Shown piece after piece: positions 1 through 10,233 of a stretch of 64,000 nucleotides of DNA. The notes under the pieces are model-generated. The model did not search any database and was not told where the DNA came from. It saw nothing but the letters and a program-made list of their open reading frames with translations. The DNA comes from Fredinandcohnia onubensis (GTDB lineage Bacteria; Bacillota; Bacilli; Bacillales; Bacillaceae_L), in assembly GCA_031181385.1 (NCBI GenBank), contig JAPSKV010000013.1, forward strand, positions 11,321 through 75,320. The letters are read 5' to 3'. A program made the position numbers and the translations under genes. Within the stretch, counting starts at the first letter, position 1, and each line of letters starts with the position of its first letter.

Positions 1-213
1 TCTGAAAAAATGAAAAAGAAAATCGGATACGAGCGCCAGGAAACTACGATGTTTTTAGTGGAGTTCACAGGTTCCAAGTGCGACTTAGCTCCTGTAGATG
101 AAGAAATCGCAGACCTTCAATTTATTCCGGAAAATGAGGTCGCCGATAAACTCACTCACGTTGATACAAGAAGTTTTTTTATGAAAAAGCTGTCTCAACA
201 AAGCACAAAATGA
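1..213 (+). CDS. C-terminal part of a probable NUDIX-type hydrolase (truncated by window start)
   Basis: Frame open from window start; LAPVDEEIADLQFIPENEV resembles NUDIX C-termini; stop overlaps intergenic region before AraC gene. Confidence 0.5.
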   Translation, partial: SEKMKKKIGYERQETTMFLVEFTGSKCDLAPVDEEIADLQFIPENEVADKLTHVDTRSFFMKKLSQQSTK

Positions 214-263
214 CAGGATGGAAATACGTGTGACAGATAGAATGAAGGTAAGGAGTGAGGGAA

Positions 264-1118
264 ATGAGTTGGCTAGAATCATTACAGAATGCAATTGATT
301 ATATGGAGGACCACCTGCTTACGGATGTCTCAATCGAGGAGATAGCGAGTCGTGCAAATGCATCACCGTTTCATTTTCAACGGACATTTTCGATTCTAAC
401 AGATATCACGGTGGGTGATTACCTCCGCCGACGCAGGTTAACGCTAGCAGCTGAAGAGCTATCGAGAACAGATACAAAGATTATTGATCTAGCCTACAAA
501 TATGGTTACGACACTCCCGAGGCTTTCACAAAAGCCTTTCGGAAACAGCACGGTGTAACGCCAAGCGATGTCCGGAAGGGGATTGGAAAGCTGCAATCAT
601 ATAGCCGCCTGGTCATCCAGGTGAGTCTGAAAGGAGCAGAACCAGTGAAATATCGAATTGTTGAGAAGGAAGGATTTAAAGCAGTTGGGGTGAAACGAAC
701 GTTTTCATGTGTGAATGATGAGCATCTTAGTAAGATTCCGAAATTATGGGATGAAGTGAATTCAGATGGCACTTGCGATTCATTGATACCAATGATGAAT
801 GGAGAAACGAACGGGATATTAGGGGTTTGCGTGAGTGAGCCAAATGCCAGAGCAATTGATTATTGGGTGGCGGTGGAAAACGAGGATGGCGCATCTGGAA
901 AGTATGATATTTTAGACATACCAGCTTCAAAATGGGCCGTATTCGAGGTACATGGCGCGATGCCACACGCGATGCAGGACGCATGGAAAAAAATCTACTC
1001 AGAATGGTTTCCATCAAGCGGATATGCGTATGCAGGGACTGCTGAGTTCGAACTTTACCCAGGCGGAAACGCATCAGACCCCAATTACTACTCAGAAATT
1101 TGGATACCAGTGAAGTAA
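264..1118 (+). CDS. AraC-family regulator with C-terminal GyrI-like effector domain
   Basis: N-terminal double HTH (SIEEIA..ASPFHFQRTF; LAYKYGYDTPEAFTKAFRKQHG), C-terminal WAVFEVHGAMPHAMQDAWKKIYSEWFP; RBS GAGG before ATG 264. Confidence 0.9.
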   Translation: MSWLESLQNAIDYMEDHLLTDVSIEEIASRANASPFHFQRTFSILTDITVGDYLRRRRLTLAAEELSRTDTKIIDLAYKYGYDTPEAFTKAFRKQHGVTPSDVRKGIGKLQSYSRLVIQVSLKGAEPVKYRIVEKEGFKAVGVKRTFSCVNDEHLSKIPKLWDEVNSDGTCDSLIPMMNGETNGILGVCVSEPNARAIDYWVAVENEDGASGKYDILDIPASKWAVFEVHGAMPHAMQDAWKKIYSEWFPSSGYAYAGTAEFELYPGGNASDPNYYSEIWIPVK

Positions 1119-1124
1119 AGAGAG

Positions 1125-1152
1125 AGCCCCAAGGAGATTACTTGGGGCTTTG
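1125..1152 (+). terminator. Intrinsic terminator after AraC gene
   Basis: AGCCCCAAG-gagatta-CTTGGGGCT then TTG. Confidence 0.7.
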
Positions 1153-1169
1153 ATGTGGGGGAGTTTCGC

Positions 1170-1400
1170 TAGTGGCAGTATTTTTCGGATAATAGCAGTA
1201 TTTCTGAAATAGTGGCAGTAAGTAGGCGGTTAGTGGCAGTATTTTTGGAATAGTGGCAGTAACAAAAGCTATATGGCGATTTAGACGAGTGGTTTCCAGG
1301 AAAAAACATGTCATCGCAGCGATTTATGGCTGTTAATCCAAAAATACGGCTAATAAATAAAATTTATGGCCAATAATTCGAACTTATGGCCGATAACTCA
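1170..1400. repeat. Two degenerate 20-bp-period tandem repeat blocks
   Basis: TAGTGGCAGTA-type unit at 1170,1190,1210,1231,1251; TTATGGC-type unit at 20-bp period from 1321 to 1400. Confidence 0.75.
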
Positions 1401-1576
1401 CATTGGTTTCACACTTAGCCTACACAAGCAGAAGAGGCAACCCCAAATTGTCTATACCCATAGCCGAAACTGAAGTCTTAGCCCACAAGTAAATAAATTA
1501 GACAGAAATTTTTGAAAAACATATAATGGAAATATTCAGATACATATTTAGAGGAAACATTTAAAGGAGGGACGAT

Positions 1577-1960
1577 ATGAACTTAACACATATTCGTCTG
1601 TTAGTAGATAACTATAAAGAATGCTTTTTATTTTATCGAGACACACTAGGTCTTGAGGTTTCATGGGGTGATGAAAATTCCAATTATGCTGATTTTACTG
1701 GGATCGGAGGAGCAAAACTTGGACTTTTTGAAAGAAAACAAATGGCGTCAGCGATTGGAGCTGAATGTGCCCCACTTGTTGAAAATCAGGACAAATCAAC
1801 ATTAATTTTTAAAGTGAACAGTGTTGAGGATACATATGAAAAAATGAAAGATAAACTTGAGTTCATCACGAAGCCGCACGAACAAGCGGATTGGATGCTG
1901 AAGGTTGCTCATTTCCGAGACCCGGCCGGAAACTTAATTGAAATCTATGAGAATCTTTAA
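1577..1960 (+). CDS. VOC/glyoxalase family protein
   Basis: HIRLLVDNYKECFLFYRDTLG and AHFRDPAGNLIEIYE motifs; RBS AGGAGG. Confidence 0.9.
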   Translation: MNLTHIRLLVDNYKECFLFYRDTLGLEVSWGDENSNYADFTGIGGAKLGLFERKQMASAIGAECAPLVENQDKSTLIFKVNSVEDTYEKMKDKLEFITKPHEQADWMLKVAHFRDPAGNLIEIYENL

Positions 1961-1992
1961 ACCCCATTGTAAAACAAGAAGGAGTGCTGACC

Positions 1993-3255
1993 ATGCATTA
2001 TGGCTGGGTAGTGGTTTGGATTACATTCGTTGCGGTATTGATTGCTGCTGGAATCCGCTCAATTACAGGTGTTATTTTAATTCCGCTTGAACAAGAGTTT
2101 GAGTGGAGCCGTTCGTCTATTTCATTTGCATTTGCTATTAATCTCATACTCTATGGAATTTCAGGTCCGTTCATTGCTGCAGGGCTTGAGAGATTAGGCG
2201 TTCGAAAAATCATGGCTTACTCGATGGTCCTGTTGGTCATTGGGCTAATTACAAGTCTTTATATGACACATATTTGGCAGCTCCATCTCATTTGGGGAGT
2301 CATTATTGGGATAGGTTCAGGCGTTTTCCTGTCCGTTCTTTCTGCAAATATCGCAACGATTTGGTTTGAAGATAAACGTGGAATGGTCTTGGGTCTACTC
2401 ATGGCTGCAACTGCAGCGGGGCAAATGATCTTTTTACCGTTATTGTCATTTTTAACTGAGGAATTCTCCTGGAGAATGGGGATGACTGTATTCATTGGAC
2501 TCGGCCTCCTAATAACTCCAATTATCTTCATCTGGATGAAGGATCATCCGCGTGATAAGGGACTTCTTCCTTATGGAGCGACCAAGGAAGAAGTGAAAAA
2601 TGAAACGAAAAAGAATCCAATCACATCCGCCTTTGAAGTGCTATGGATTGGAATGCGATCCGTACCGTTTTGGTTACTGTCAGGTAGTTTCTTCATCTGC
2701 GGGTTATCAACCGCTGGGCTTTTAGGTACACATTTTATCCCAGCCTCAACCCACCATGGAATTCCCGAGGTTCACGCAGCGAGCATTTTCGCGTTCATGG
2801 GGGTTTTTAATATAATCGGAACGATGATTGCGGGCTGGTTATCTGATCGATTCGATAACCGCTGGCTCTTATTTTGGTTTTATGGTCTTCGAGGACTGTC
2901 GTTACTTGTGTTGCCGTACGCTCTGCAGATGCAGTCATATGTGATGCTTATCGCCTTTGCCGTGTTTTATGGATTAGACTGGATTGCTACGGTTCCACCA
3001 ACGGTTCGACTCGCAGCTGACTTTTTCGGAAAAGTAAATGGGCCAATTGTTTATGGATGGGTATTTGCAGCCCACCAGATCGGGTCAGGTGTTGCTGCGT
3101 ATTTGGGAGGATATTTTTACGAGGTCTTCCATAGCTACACCATCACGTTTCTATCCGCGGGAGTCCTATGTATCATCGCAACACTGTTTGTATTAATCAT
3201 AAAAAAACAAGCCAACACCATCGCTCAAAGCCCTGAGGTTTCAGTTGGGAAGTAA
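1993..3255 (+). CDS. MFS transporter
   Basis: About 12 hydrophobic segments; motif A-like GWLSDRFDNR; RBS GGAG before ATG 1993. Confidence 0.9.
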   Translation: MHYGWVVVWITFVAVLIAAGIRSITGVILIPLEQEFEWSRSSISFAFAINLILYGISGPFIAAGLERLGVRKIMAYSMVLLVIGLITSLYMTHIWQLHLIWGVIIGIGSGVFLSVLSANIATIWFEDKRGMVLGLLMAATAAGQMIFLPLLSFLTEEFSWRMGMTVFIGLGLLITPIIFIWMKDHPRDKGLLPYGATKEEVKNETKKNPITSAFEVLWIGMRSVPFWLLSGSFFICGLSTAGLLGTHFIPASTHHGIPEVHAASIFAFMGVFNIIGTMIAGWLSDRFDNRWLLFWFYGLRGLSLLVLPYALQMQSYVMLIAFAVFYGLDWIATVPPTVRLAADFFGKVNGPIVYGWVFAAHQIGSGVAAYLGGYFYEVFHSYTITFLSAGVLCIIATLFVLIIKKQANTIAQSPEVSVGK

Positions 3256-3279
3256 AGAGGTATCAAAAAACAACGGAGG

Positions 3280-3453
3280 TCATCGCCCCCGTTGTTTTTC
3301 ATTCTCCACAACCGATTCTTTAATCAACGCTTTGCAACACATTACAATACCAGAGAGAAATGCCGTAATGGTGTAGCCAAAGGGTAAGTAAAAAAAGCAA
3401 AACAATGTTGAGACAAACAACCAAATGAGCCAAAAGAGTAACTCTTTATTCAT
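3280..3453 (-). CDS. Small hydrophobic protein overlapping the spoIIP stop
   Basis: ATG overlaps last codons of spoIIP (ATGAATAA); two hydrophobic stretches; weak RBS. Confidence 0.45.
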   Translation of the reverse strand: MNKELLFWLIWLFVSTLFCFFYLPFGYTITAFLSGIVMCCKALIKESVVENEKQRGR

Positions 3454-4597
3454 TCGTTGCATTCACTTTCTCGGCATCGATGATATGTTCACTGATTACT
3501 TTTGCGAGCGCCTCAACGGTATTTTTTATTTCTTTCATGTCATTGTCGACGCCGCCGACCTCAATGAGAATAGAGTTCTCTGCTAAGTCTTGATTATACA
3601 CTCCGTTTCCTTGGTCAAGTCCCTTTCCAACCACACCCCTGCTGATTCCGGGAAACTGTGCTTCGATTGACTTATCTAGAGACTCGGCTAAGGCTAAGCT
3701 ACGCTCAAAATGACGACTCGCTTTACCGACGACAAAAAATACTCTGGCATATGGTTTATTGTTAATGGTAACAGTCGTCACATCTTTTCGAACACTATCA
3801 CGATGAATATCAATTAAAAAGTCTATATCCGAGTCACTTGCCATTGCCGATTGGACGATCTCACGTGAGACTGCATAAGATTTAGTAGTGCTCCACCCTT
3901 TTTTCTTCAATTTCTGCCCAATATTTGTTTTATCGACTACCGCCCCAACTCCGTATTTTTCTAACTCCTTCCCAAGAAGTTCGCCAACAACTGTGATGTT
4001 TGTTTTAGAATCAACCGCTTTATTCATATCTGGGTCATTAGTAAGTCCAAGGAGAGGTAAGTAAGATTCATAACTGTGAGAGTGGTAGATCAATACCTTT
4101 TTATCGGTGGCTAGATTTACGGGTGGTGTTTTCGGATCTTCCTTACTAAACTCCTCCAATTCCTTTTGAGCCATTTCTCTTTCTTGTAATAAGACATCTA
4201 AAGGTGGGGCTGATTCGTATGGGAGATTGGTGAAATCTGTCCCCTCCCCAGATACCAGGATTTCGGTATGATACAAAGATAACCCGGGTAGTTCATGACC
4301 GAAAAAGCTTCGTAAGTCACCGTATTTAAATTGAAGGGTTGATTCTATTAAGATTTTTGTGAAAGAATCCTGTTCTACCGTTAAAGATTGTCCGAAATAG
4401 GCATTTTCAGATTCAAGTAATTTCACAAAAAACTCAGTTGGAAAGGTTCGAATGTTAACATCGATTTCACGAAAATTAATCAAATCTCTTTTAATAGAGG
4501 ATATGCTTGATGCAGCAGCAAAACAAATGAGTACGGTTAAGATAAACAAAAGGGCGATTCTTGGAAGAAAAAATTGTCCATACCCTGAATTTTTCAT
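3446..4597 (-). CDS. spoIIP: Stage II sporulation protein P paralogue (cell wall amidase/endopeptidase)
   Basis: N-terminal TM; IYHSHSYESY, IDIHRD, GVYNQDL and LIEVGG motifs typical of SpoIIP. Confidence 0.85.
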   Translation of the reverse strand: MKNSGYGQFFLPRIALLFILTVLICFAAASSISSIKRDLINFREIDVNIRTFPTEFFVKLLESENAYFGQSLTVEQDSFTKILIESTLQFKYGDLRSFFGHELPGLSLYHTEILVSGEGTDFTNLPYESAPPLDVLLQEREMAQKELEEFSKEDPKTPPVNLATDKKVLIYHSHSYESYLPLLGLTNDPDMNKAVDSKTNITVVGELLGKELEKYGVGAVVDKTNIGQKLKKKGWSTTKSYAVSREIVQSAMASDSDIDFLIDIHRDSVRKDVTTVTINNKPYARVFFVVGKASRHFERSLALAESLDKSIEAQFPGISRGVVGKGLDQGNGVYNQDLAENSILIEVGGVDNDMKEIKNTVEALAKVISEHIIDAEKVNATNE

Positions 4598-4627
4598 GAT
4601 ATCCGTCCTTTATTGCTTTTGGACATA

Positions 4628-4656
4628 TATATATGAAAAATAGTATTAAAATAGAA
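4628..4656 (-). promoter_or_regulatory. Putative sigmaE-type promoter of spoIIP
   Basis: Minus strand TTCTATT-N14-CATATATA, 30 nt upstream of the start. Confidence 0.4.
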
Positions 4657-4731
4657 TGTCTATTTTTCCTATGATAGATTTTGTTCAAATGAAAAAAGCA
4701 TGGCGGACCATGCTGTGTATCTAAAACTCTC

Positions 4732-5118
4732 TTATTTATCTTCTCGTAATAAATACTGGTTTCCATCTTGATCGTAGAAGGTGAACATAGAGCCATACGG
4801 CATTTTTTGTAATTCACCAACCTTGACGCCGTTTGAATTCATTTTATCATATGCAGAGTCAATATCAGTTGTGCTGAAAAGAATCGATGGATGAGAAACC
4901 TTTGATGGGTCATGCTGCTCCATAGCTGCCTTCGCATAGAGTACCAACGTCGTAAATTCGTTTTTACTTGGACCAACCTCAATCCAAGAGAATTCAGGTC
5001 CCATCGGTTGTTCAAACTTTAAAACGAAACCAAGTTTGTTCACCCAGAAATCCTTTGCTTGTTCTTGATCTTCCACATATACAGTTACTTTACCAATTTT
5101 ATTTATCATCATTATCAC
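4732..5118 (-). CDS. VOC/glyoxalase family protein (true start probably 5112 or 5109)
   Basis: KVTVYVEDQEQAKDFWVNKLGF and FYDQDGNQYLLRE motifs; RBS AGGTGA. Confidence 0.9.
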   Translation of the reverse strand: MIMMINKIGKVTVYVEDQEQAKDFWVNKLGFVLKFEQPMGPEFSWIEVGPSKNEFTTLVLYAKAAMEQHDPSKVSHPSILFSTTDIDSAYDKMNSNGVKVGELQKMPYGSMFTFYDQDGNQYLLREDK

Positions 5119-5222
5119 CTATTTCTATAGTGTCATCAATAATTTTAACAAATCTACAAGTAAAAACGAAATTCTTGTAAAACGAAAAAATACAGAGGCC
5201 ATTTAGCCTCTGCATTTACCAT

Positions 5223-6089
5223 TTAATGTCCGCTGCCGTCTCCAAAATTACTACCTGTCACATCGGCGATATTTTCAATCGCAATCAATGCACTTGGGTC
5301 CATTTCATGTGAGATTTCCTTTAGTGTGGAAAGCTCAATCCGGCTTACAATTGTATAAATAATTTTCCTTGGTTCATTTGTGTAGGCTCCTTCACCATGA
5401 ATAAAGGTAATCCCACGACCCAAAACCTTGTTCAATTCATTAGCAAGCTCATCAGGCATATCAGAAATTATGGTTACTGATTTTAGTTCTTCCAAACCTT
5501 CAACCACAATATCAATCATCTTAAAAGCAATGTAATATGTAATAATCGAATACATGGCCGTCTCCCAGCTGAACACGAGTAAGGCAGCAAGGATAAAAAT
5601 AAACACGTTCATGATCATTACAAATTGTCCAACAGATACTGGTCTTTTTTTACTTACGATGATGGCTAAAATCTCCGTACCATCCAAGGCTCCACCAGTT
5701 CGAATGACCAATCCAACACCCGTTCCCAAAATAACCGCGCCAATAATCGTTGCTAAAAATAGATCATTTGTTACAGGTTCAAAATGATGCAAATAGGCAG
5801 TAAAGGCGGATAAAACGACAACGCCATATAATGTATGTAATGTAAATTTCATTCCCATTTTTCGGTACCCAAGAAAAAGGAAGGGGATATTAAAAACAAT
5901 CAGGAAGATACTCATTGGAACTCCAAATATCTTGGACGCAATGATAGAAAGACCAATAACCCCACCATCCAAAATATCATTTGGTACTAAAAATAGTTCC
6001 AACCCAAAGCCCGCGATTAGAGCCCCAATGGTAATCATAATAAGTTGTTTAATTTCTGTTAATACCCGTTTTTTCTTTGTTTTTCCCAC
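5223..6089 (-). CDS. YitT family membrane protein (DUF161/DUF2179)
   Basis: DGGVIGLSII, GGALDGTEILA, GRGITFIHGEGAYT motifs; GTG start at 6089 chosen. Confidence 0.9.
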   Translation of the reverse strand: MGKTKKKRVLTEIKQLIMITIGALIAGFGLELFLVPNDILDGGVIGLSIIASKIFGVPMSIFLIVFNIPFLFLGYRKMGMKFTLHTLYGVVVLSAFTAYLHHFEPVTNDLFLATIIGAVILGTGVGLVIRTGGALDGTEILAIIVSKKRPVSVGQFVMIMNVFIFILAALLVFSWETAMYSIITYYIAFKMIDIVVEGLEELKSVTIISDMPDELANELNKVLGRGITFIHGEGAYTNEPRKIIYTIVSRIELSTLKEISHEMDPSALIAIENIADVTGSNFGDGSGH

Positions 6090-6236
6090 AAAAACCATGC
6101 CTTTCACTATCAAAATAAATTTACTTATTAATATTACCACAATCGACGGACATGCTTATAATTTTAGAAGGAAAATAATACCTTTATGTGGAAATCAATA
6201 ATAAGTAATCTTTATAAGTTAAGCAAAGGAGCACAA

Positions 6237-7010
6237 ATGAACCAATTCGATAATTTTGAGGAATACAGAGATCCGGTCCTTTATGAACGAGAAAATGACC
6301 CTTTCCAAGATGATGTTGAATTTATAAAAAAATGGGCTAGAAAAGTTAACGGGCCAATCATTGATTTGGCTTGTGGAACAGGTCGAGCAACAATTCCCTT
6401 AGCAGAAGCGGGACATTCCCTTATTGGGGTAGACATACATCATGGCATGCTTACTCAAGCTGAAGAAAAAACAGCACATACAGACGTAAACATTGAGTGG
6501 ATTGAGCAAAATTGCACGAATCTCCAATTGGGTGTGAAAAGTCCACTCATTTTTATCGTAGGAAACTCTTTTCAGAATTTCCTTACGAATGAAGAGCAGG
6601 ATTAGCTTCTAACTTCCGTTCACAATCACCTTGAAGAAGAGGGGATTTTCATCTTCGGCACGAGGTTCCCAAGTCCGGATGAATTGCTTCAACCACCTAC
6701 TGAGGAATATTGGCGAAGCTATAAGGATGAAACAGGGAAAACGGTAGATGTCTACACGATAAGTAACTATGACACGCTTCAGCAGGTGCAACACTATATA
6801 ACCATTAGACGAAAAAAGAATGATAGTGGTAAAGCTGTTGTGGAACAGAAAAGCAATATCAAATTGCGCTATGTGTTCCCGCAAGAGATGAATCGTTCAC
6901 TCAAACAAAACGGATTTGAGATTTTAGGAGTTTACAAAGATTGGGATGAATCGCCGTTAACGCAAGATAGCCATCAAATGATTTATGTATGCAGAAAGGT
7001 TTCTGAATGA
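6237..7010 (+). pseudogene. Class I SAM methyltransferase interrupted by in-frame TAG
   Basis: IIDLACGTGR motif I; TAG at 6603-6605 after EEQD, and the same frame continues LLTSVHNHLEEEGIFIFGTRFP to 7010. Confidence 0.85.
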
Positions 7011-7083
7011 ATAGAAATGATCATAGGCCTTGCATCCATCACATTAGTAGCTTTATAAGTTTATCAAAAAAGGAAGTGGAGTA

Positions 7084-7887
7084 GTGGTCGTAACGAAGCA
7101 ATTTGCCCAAACCATAGAAACAGCTGAAGTAGAGGTATTGCACTCTAGACTAGCGGCTATACAAGCAATCGAAGGAAATCCGATGGGCGTTGAAGTGAAA
7201 CAATTTGGAAGTGCAACAGCCTTTTCCGTTAAGAACATTCCAGGACCATCATTCAACACAGTGAAGGGTTTATCTGATGGCGATGAGAAATACATTGAAG
7301 AAATCATTCATTTTTACAAACAGAAGGATATTCCTGTTCGATTCGAACTAACGCCTGGACATGTTTCTTCGGATTTCTTAATGTTTTTGAACAACAAAGG
7401 TTTTTATCAATCCGATTTTCACACAACTCTTTACTCAGAACATCGATCACATCAAGATAAGAGTACTAATTCTAAAATCATTGTTCGCGAGTTAGATCAT
7501 AATGAATTTGATTTGTTTGCCGAAATTTACACTGAGGGCTTTGGTATGCCGGCATTTTTAAAAGTTGGGGTCGCACAGAATAACAAAATACTTTACGACA
7601 ATGAAAATTGGACGTTTTATCTGGCAAATTTTGAAAATGAACCAGTAGGTATAGGAGTTTTATATACTCAGAATAGTATTGGAACTCTCGCTGCCGCAAC
7701 GACCCTGCCGGAATTTCGTAATCAAGGTATACAAACAGCATTAATTAAGGTACGGATGCAAAAAGCAGTGGAACAAGGGTGTATGTTAATTGTAGGTCAG
7801 GCAAAATTTGGCTCAATCAGTCAAAACAACATGGAACGAGCGGGTATGAGAATAGGGTATACAAAGGCTATTTGGATGATGAAATAA
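7084..7887 (+). CDS. GNAT family N-acetyltransferase
   Basis: AATTLPEFRNQGIQTALI acetyl-CoA motif A; SQNNMERAG. Confidence 0.9.
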   Translation: MVVTKQFAQTIETAEVEVLHSRLAAIQAIEGNPMGVEVKQFGSATAFSVKNIPGPSFNTVKGLSDGDEKYIEEIIHFYKQKDIPVRFELTPGHVSSDFLMFLNNKGFYQSDFHTTLYSEHRSHQDKSTNSKIIVRELDHNEFDLFAEIYTEGFGMPAFLKVGVAQNNKILYDNENWTFYLANFENEPVGIGVLYTQNSIGTLAAATTLPEFRNQGIQTALIKVRMQKAVEQGCMLIVGQAKFGSISQNNMERAGMRIGYTKAIWMMK

Positions 7888-7900
7888 AGGAGAGGTGTCG

Positions 7901-8245
7901 ATGGCACGTATAGTAGGTTTTGAAATCAGCAGCCAAGAACCTGAAAAAGCAGTAAAATTCTATTCAGCTGTTTTCGGTTGGGAATTCGAGGAACCTAATT
8001 GGGGGTTTTGGCCTGTTAAAAGCACAGGTCAAGTAGCTATTCAAAGTGGGATTAGCAAAGGCCCGCATGATTATCCGCATGGAACCAGAATCCAGATTGA
8101 AGTTGATTCGATTGACGATACCATTGTGAAAGCTGTAGACAACGGAGCGATGATTGTTCGTGAAAAAATGGAGTTTGATGAGTTTTTCTTGGCATATCTA
8201 GTCGATCCAACTGGACTTGGTTTTGGTCTAATTGAAAGAAAGTAA
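7901..8245 (+). CDS. VOC family protein
   Basis: IVGFEISSQEPEKAVKFYSAVFGW; AYLVDPTGLGFGL. Confidence 0.9.
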   Translation: MARIVGFEISSQEPEKAVKFYSAVFGWEFEEPNWGFWPVKSTGQVAIQSGISKGPHDYPHGTRIQIEVDSIDDTIVKAVDNGAMIVREKMEFDEFFLAYLVDPTGLGFGLIERK

Positions 8246-8359
8246 TCTTTCATTGTAATTTTACGATTGTTAGCCGCAATATATAGACTATGATCTATAA
8301 GATTGCGGCTTATTTTAAACCTCTTTATACTTTGTTTTTATTGATTTTAGGTCTGTCTA

Positions 8360-8920
8360 CTATGTCGATGTATGCTTATGCAACTTCCATAAGAGAACAA
8401 GAAACATGATTTCCATGAACAGGCCTAAAGGAATCGTAAAGAATAGGTAACCAATAATAATGTCTCTGGAAAGGTTCATCACGAATGTATGTGAGAGCGT
8501 GATAATAAGCATGACAGTCATATAAATTTTAAAAGTTTGCGCACTTCTACTTACTAAAACTTCATCCCCTAGAGTAGAGACAACTGTCATGATTAACTGA
8601 AAAACAAGAAATACAATGACCAACTTAAAAATTTCTAGTAAAAAGGTATAAGTATCCCAGATGGGTGTACCTACAAAAGATCCTATTTCATTCCCATTCA
8701 CATTTTGTTGGATAAACACAGTTGGAATGCTAATGGGTATAAGAACGATCAACAGCTTTTTTAATAGATTACCAATTCGGCTTTCTGAAGGAACTCCTAC
8801 TAGGCTTGCGAAAATGAGATAATACCCGATCGGCTCCGGCAAAATATCAACGTAAATCAAATGGATCTCTAAAAGAATAAAAACAAAGCCCCAGAACATT
8901 TGCCTAAAATTAATATTCAT
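8360..8920 (-). CDS. Hypothetical membrane protein
   Basis: About 5 hydrophobic segments; ATG overlaps the upstream gene stop; RBS GGTGAG. Confidence 0.75.
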   Translation of the reverse strand: MNINFRQMFWGFVFILLEIHLIYVDILPEPIGYYLIFASLVGVPSESRIGNLLKKLLIVLIPISIPTVFIQQNVNGNEIGSFVGTPIWDTYTFLLEIFKLVIVFLVFQLIMTVVSTLGDEVLVSRSAQTFKIYMTVMLIITLSHTFVMNLSRDIIIGYLFFTIPLGLFMEIMFLVLLWKLHKHTST

Positions 8921-9849
8921 TCACTCTCACCAGCCTTTTTACCCTCGATGATTTCATTGATCGCCTTTTGGTCTAAATCAGGGTGGTCTATGATTGGTAA
9001 CTCTCTCACAAACTTTTCAACAGCCTCTGTTTTTCCGTTGAGTTTGATGCTGAATTGAAAGTAACTATGCCTTGTCGGATTGAATTGCATTAAGAAGCGT
9101 ACCCATTCATTTTTTTCCAAAGTAAATGGAAGTAAATCATCACTAACGGTGACACCAGGTAAATCATTCCATTCTTTTTCACGGTCTTCATCGAACCATG
9201 TTGGAGGATTTGCACCAGTCTTGAGTTTTTCGAGTTCACGCAATTTTTCCTGTTCAAGGTCAACCTTAATAAAAATGTCATCTGACAATTCCTCTTTAAA
9301 AGGAATCTCAATTTCCTCTATGGTGATCGGTTCTAAAGCAACCATCGATTTCTCTTCCCGATGCTGATTACTACTTGAACTTATTTGTGTCTCTAACATA
9401 TTAAGGTATTCCGTATCTTTATGAAGAATGACTTCTCCAATATCAGCCAAAAGGGTTTTTCCATTGGAGAGATGGACCTCCATTTCTGAAAACGATAAAG
9501 GACCTTCACCTTCGAAATCCGCAGGAAACGTAACATAAAATGCTTTTAAATAATGATGTATATACTCCTGTTCAAACTGAGGTTCCTGCGACTCCCACAT
9601 AAAGTCCATATTCGAACTCGCATAGGCCTCAATTCCATCAATTTGTACATGATTAATTGAGGAAGAGTCCGACTTATTGGTTACGTAATAAAATGTAAGC
9701 ATTGTCTCATCTTCATCGTTCAAAGTGAGTTCATAATAATGCTCTAAAAATAGTGGGGTATCCAGCTGTTTAGATTGGAAATATAAATAATTGCCGATAT
9801 AGCTAAGGATAATGACCAATATACTGACCCAGAATATTTTCTCCCTCAA
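8917..9849 (-). CDS. Hypothetical protein with N-terminal membrane anchor
   Basis: Long ORF; TTG 9849 preceded by GGGGG; KIFWVSILVIILSYIGNYLYF anchor. Confidence 0.7.
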   Translation of the reverse strand: MREKIFWVSILVIILSYIGNYLYFQSKQLDTPLFLEHYYELTLNDEDETMLTFYYVTNKSDSSSINHVQIDGIEAYASSNMDFMWESQEPQFEQEYIHHYLKAFYVTFPADFEGEGPLSFSEMEVHLSNGKTLLADIGEVILHKDTEYLNMLETQISSSSNQHREEKSMVALEPITIEEIEIPFKEELSDDIFIKVDLEQEKLRELEKLKTGANPPTWFDEDREKEWNDLPGVTVSDDLLPFTLEKNEWVRFLMQFNPTRHSYFQFSIKLNGKTEAVEKFVRELPIIDHPDLDQKAINEIIEGKKAGESE

Positions 9850-10233
9850 ACAAAAACCCCCAATTCTATAATTCTCTAAAACTATTTTACCATCAAGACT
9901 CGTAAATATTTTTATTAATTTCAATTTTCTTGAAATGATGCGATAATGGAGGTAACAGATATCTAAAGGAACGGAGGGAGGAGTTTCGATTTTATTATGA
10001 TAGTGTCTTTGATTTCATTTATGTAGCATTATTCTGGTGGGTGATCTTTCTAGTTTTTCAACGTATCAACAACCGTTATCCTAAGAGTAATCCGTGGAAG
10101 AAGGATATCATTTTAACGTTTATTCAAGCATTAGTAGTCACACTTATATTCCCATTAATCATGATGCTCATTATACAGAATTAAACGATTGACACCTTCG
10201 ATTAAAAGGCATTGAAGAATATCCAAATGCCTT

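Noticed and set aside
1170-1400. Mini-CRISPR or iteron origin
   Set aside because: Units are short, degenerate and contiguous; no spacers and no rep gene
6603-6605. Pyrrolysine or programmed read-through at the TAG
   Set aside because: No pyl genes in the window and no obvious downstream recoding structure; nonsense mutation or sequencing error is simpler
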